This document shows positions 62,721 through 64,000 of a stretch of 64,000 bases of DNA, piece after piece. The notes under the pieces were generated by a model. It saw only the letters and a list, made by a program, of their open reading frames with translations, searched no databases and had not been told where the DNA came from. Position 1 is the stretch's first letter. Each line of letters starts with the position of its first letter. Source of the stretch: Eledone cirrhosa. Lineage: Eukaryota. The DNA is taken from assembly GCA_964016885.1 (NCBI GenBank), contig OZ024741.1, positions 132,866,001-132,930,000 on the forward strand. The letters run 5' to 3'. The translations under genes and the position numbers were made by a program.

Positions 62721-62760
<40 letters not shown>
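62361..62760 (+). repeat. RTE-tail-derived element with ~5 tandem ~50-bp 3'-UTR modules and a (GAT)n tail
   Basis: Repeated GCTGGTGACATGACAAAAAGCACCCAGTCCGCCCTGTAAG units, then GGATATTAAATGATGATG. Confidence 0.7.
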
Positions 62761-62761
<1 letters not shown>

Positions 62762-64000
62762 GCCACCCCCTAAAAAAGGAAAAGAAAATTGCCTCATGTG
62801 TCCACCTTCCATGCTGGCATGGGTTGGATAGGTTGTCATGGTCTAAGATTAGACAGACCAAAGTGATCTCAATTTCCTCATATGTTCCACATTGGGCATG
62901 ATGTTCACAGCTGGATACCTATCCTAAAAGAAATCACTTTACAGTTTCCTGCAATATAGGGCATTAAGAGTTAAACATAGAGTGTAGATGGTATGGTATG
63001 GACCCATAACTCCTGAGGGAGTCATAAAGATGCTGTATTGACATACAGCATTTTGGGGGCATTTTTTAAAACCTGATGGAGCCCATCTCTGCAAGTCTAA
63101 ACATGGCAGATTTCTTCCAGACAAGAATAGAAAGTGAGAGAGAGGAAGTTAGAAAGAGATATAGAGGAAGAATCAATCTCAGTGCTAGACTGGTACATTT
63201 TTATTGACCACAAATGGATGAAAGGCAAAGTTGACCGTGGCAGGATTTGAACTCAGAGAGCAGAGAACCGGAACAAATGCTATAAATCATTCAATCCGAT
63301 GTTCTAAAGAGTGAAGATAGCCAGACCAAATATTGCAAGACATTTCATTCAACTGCGCAATTTGACAATGGGTAGTAATTTATGTTGTCTACTACCAAAT
63401 AATTTGACCACTGAATGAATACCTTAACTTTTTTTGTGGCTGTATTTATAATGAAATATACTCTCTTTCAATTAGTTAATGCAAAATTTTGAAGGATTTA
63501 CTCAAATGATTGATTGTTTTGTACCTAAAACAATAACTTAACATATCGTTCTTGTATAATATCATATTGGAAGTTATAAATTTATATCACAATCATTAGA
63601 AATAGGTGGTTTTCTTTCATAGAACCAGGGTTGGTTTTGGATGGGCTGGTATCAAAAGGGTTAAACAGGAAACGGTGATAAAAATTTAAGAAAAACAATT
63701 CCCAGATATTTCTAATACATTCAAATTTCTTTATCAGAATATGTATTAAAAGTGATATAAGCTATGAATTATAAGAATAGTTCTCTAATAACTATTCTTT
63801 TATTGAACAGGGTTATGCCACTATGGCCATGCTGGGGCACCAACTTCAAGAAGTATTTTTTTTTTTAGTTGATTATACTAATTTCAGTCCATATTTTCTT
63901 GGCTTGATAAAAATAAGACAAAGTTGACATGATAGTAAAATACTACAACCTATTTTTTTATGATGCTGTACATGCACACATACGCACATGACTGATTGTT

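Overview
AT-rich, repeat-dense animal DNA. The SINE/LINE repertoire and complex (TA)n microsatellites suggest an octopod cephalopod (inference). The window appears to be almost entirely intron of a minus-strand PHACTR (phosphatase and actin regulator) gene. One clear 156-nt coding exon lies at 10309-10464. Two phase-compatible candidates were found by eye: a 39-nt exon (20676-20714) and a short ATG-bearing first coding exon (54793-54829). The rest is mobile DNA: four copies of an RTE-clade LINE (one near full-length, with EN, RT and a PHD-type finger), tRNA-derived SINEs, piggyBac/hAT/pogo-type MITEs, Helitron pieces, a mariner relic and minisatellites. The most interesting signal is five type-I hammerhead-ribozyme folds from four apparently unrelated short repeat families. 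All sit against TA-rich microsatellites, and two families carry inverted partial copies. This points to a Penelope-like/retrozyme-like system, and one fold has a compensatory U3-A8 catalytic-core variant. Everything was read manually; no database searches or folding programs were run.
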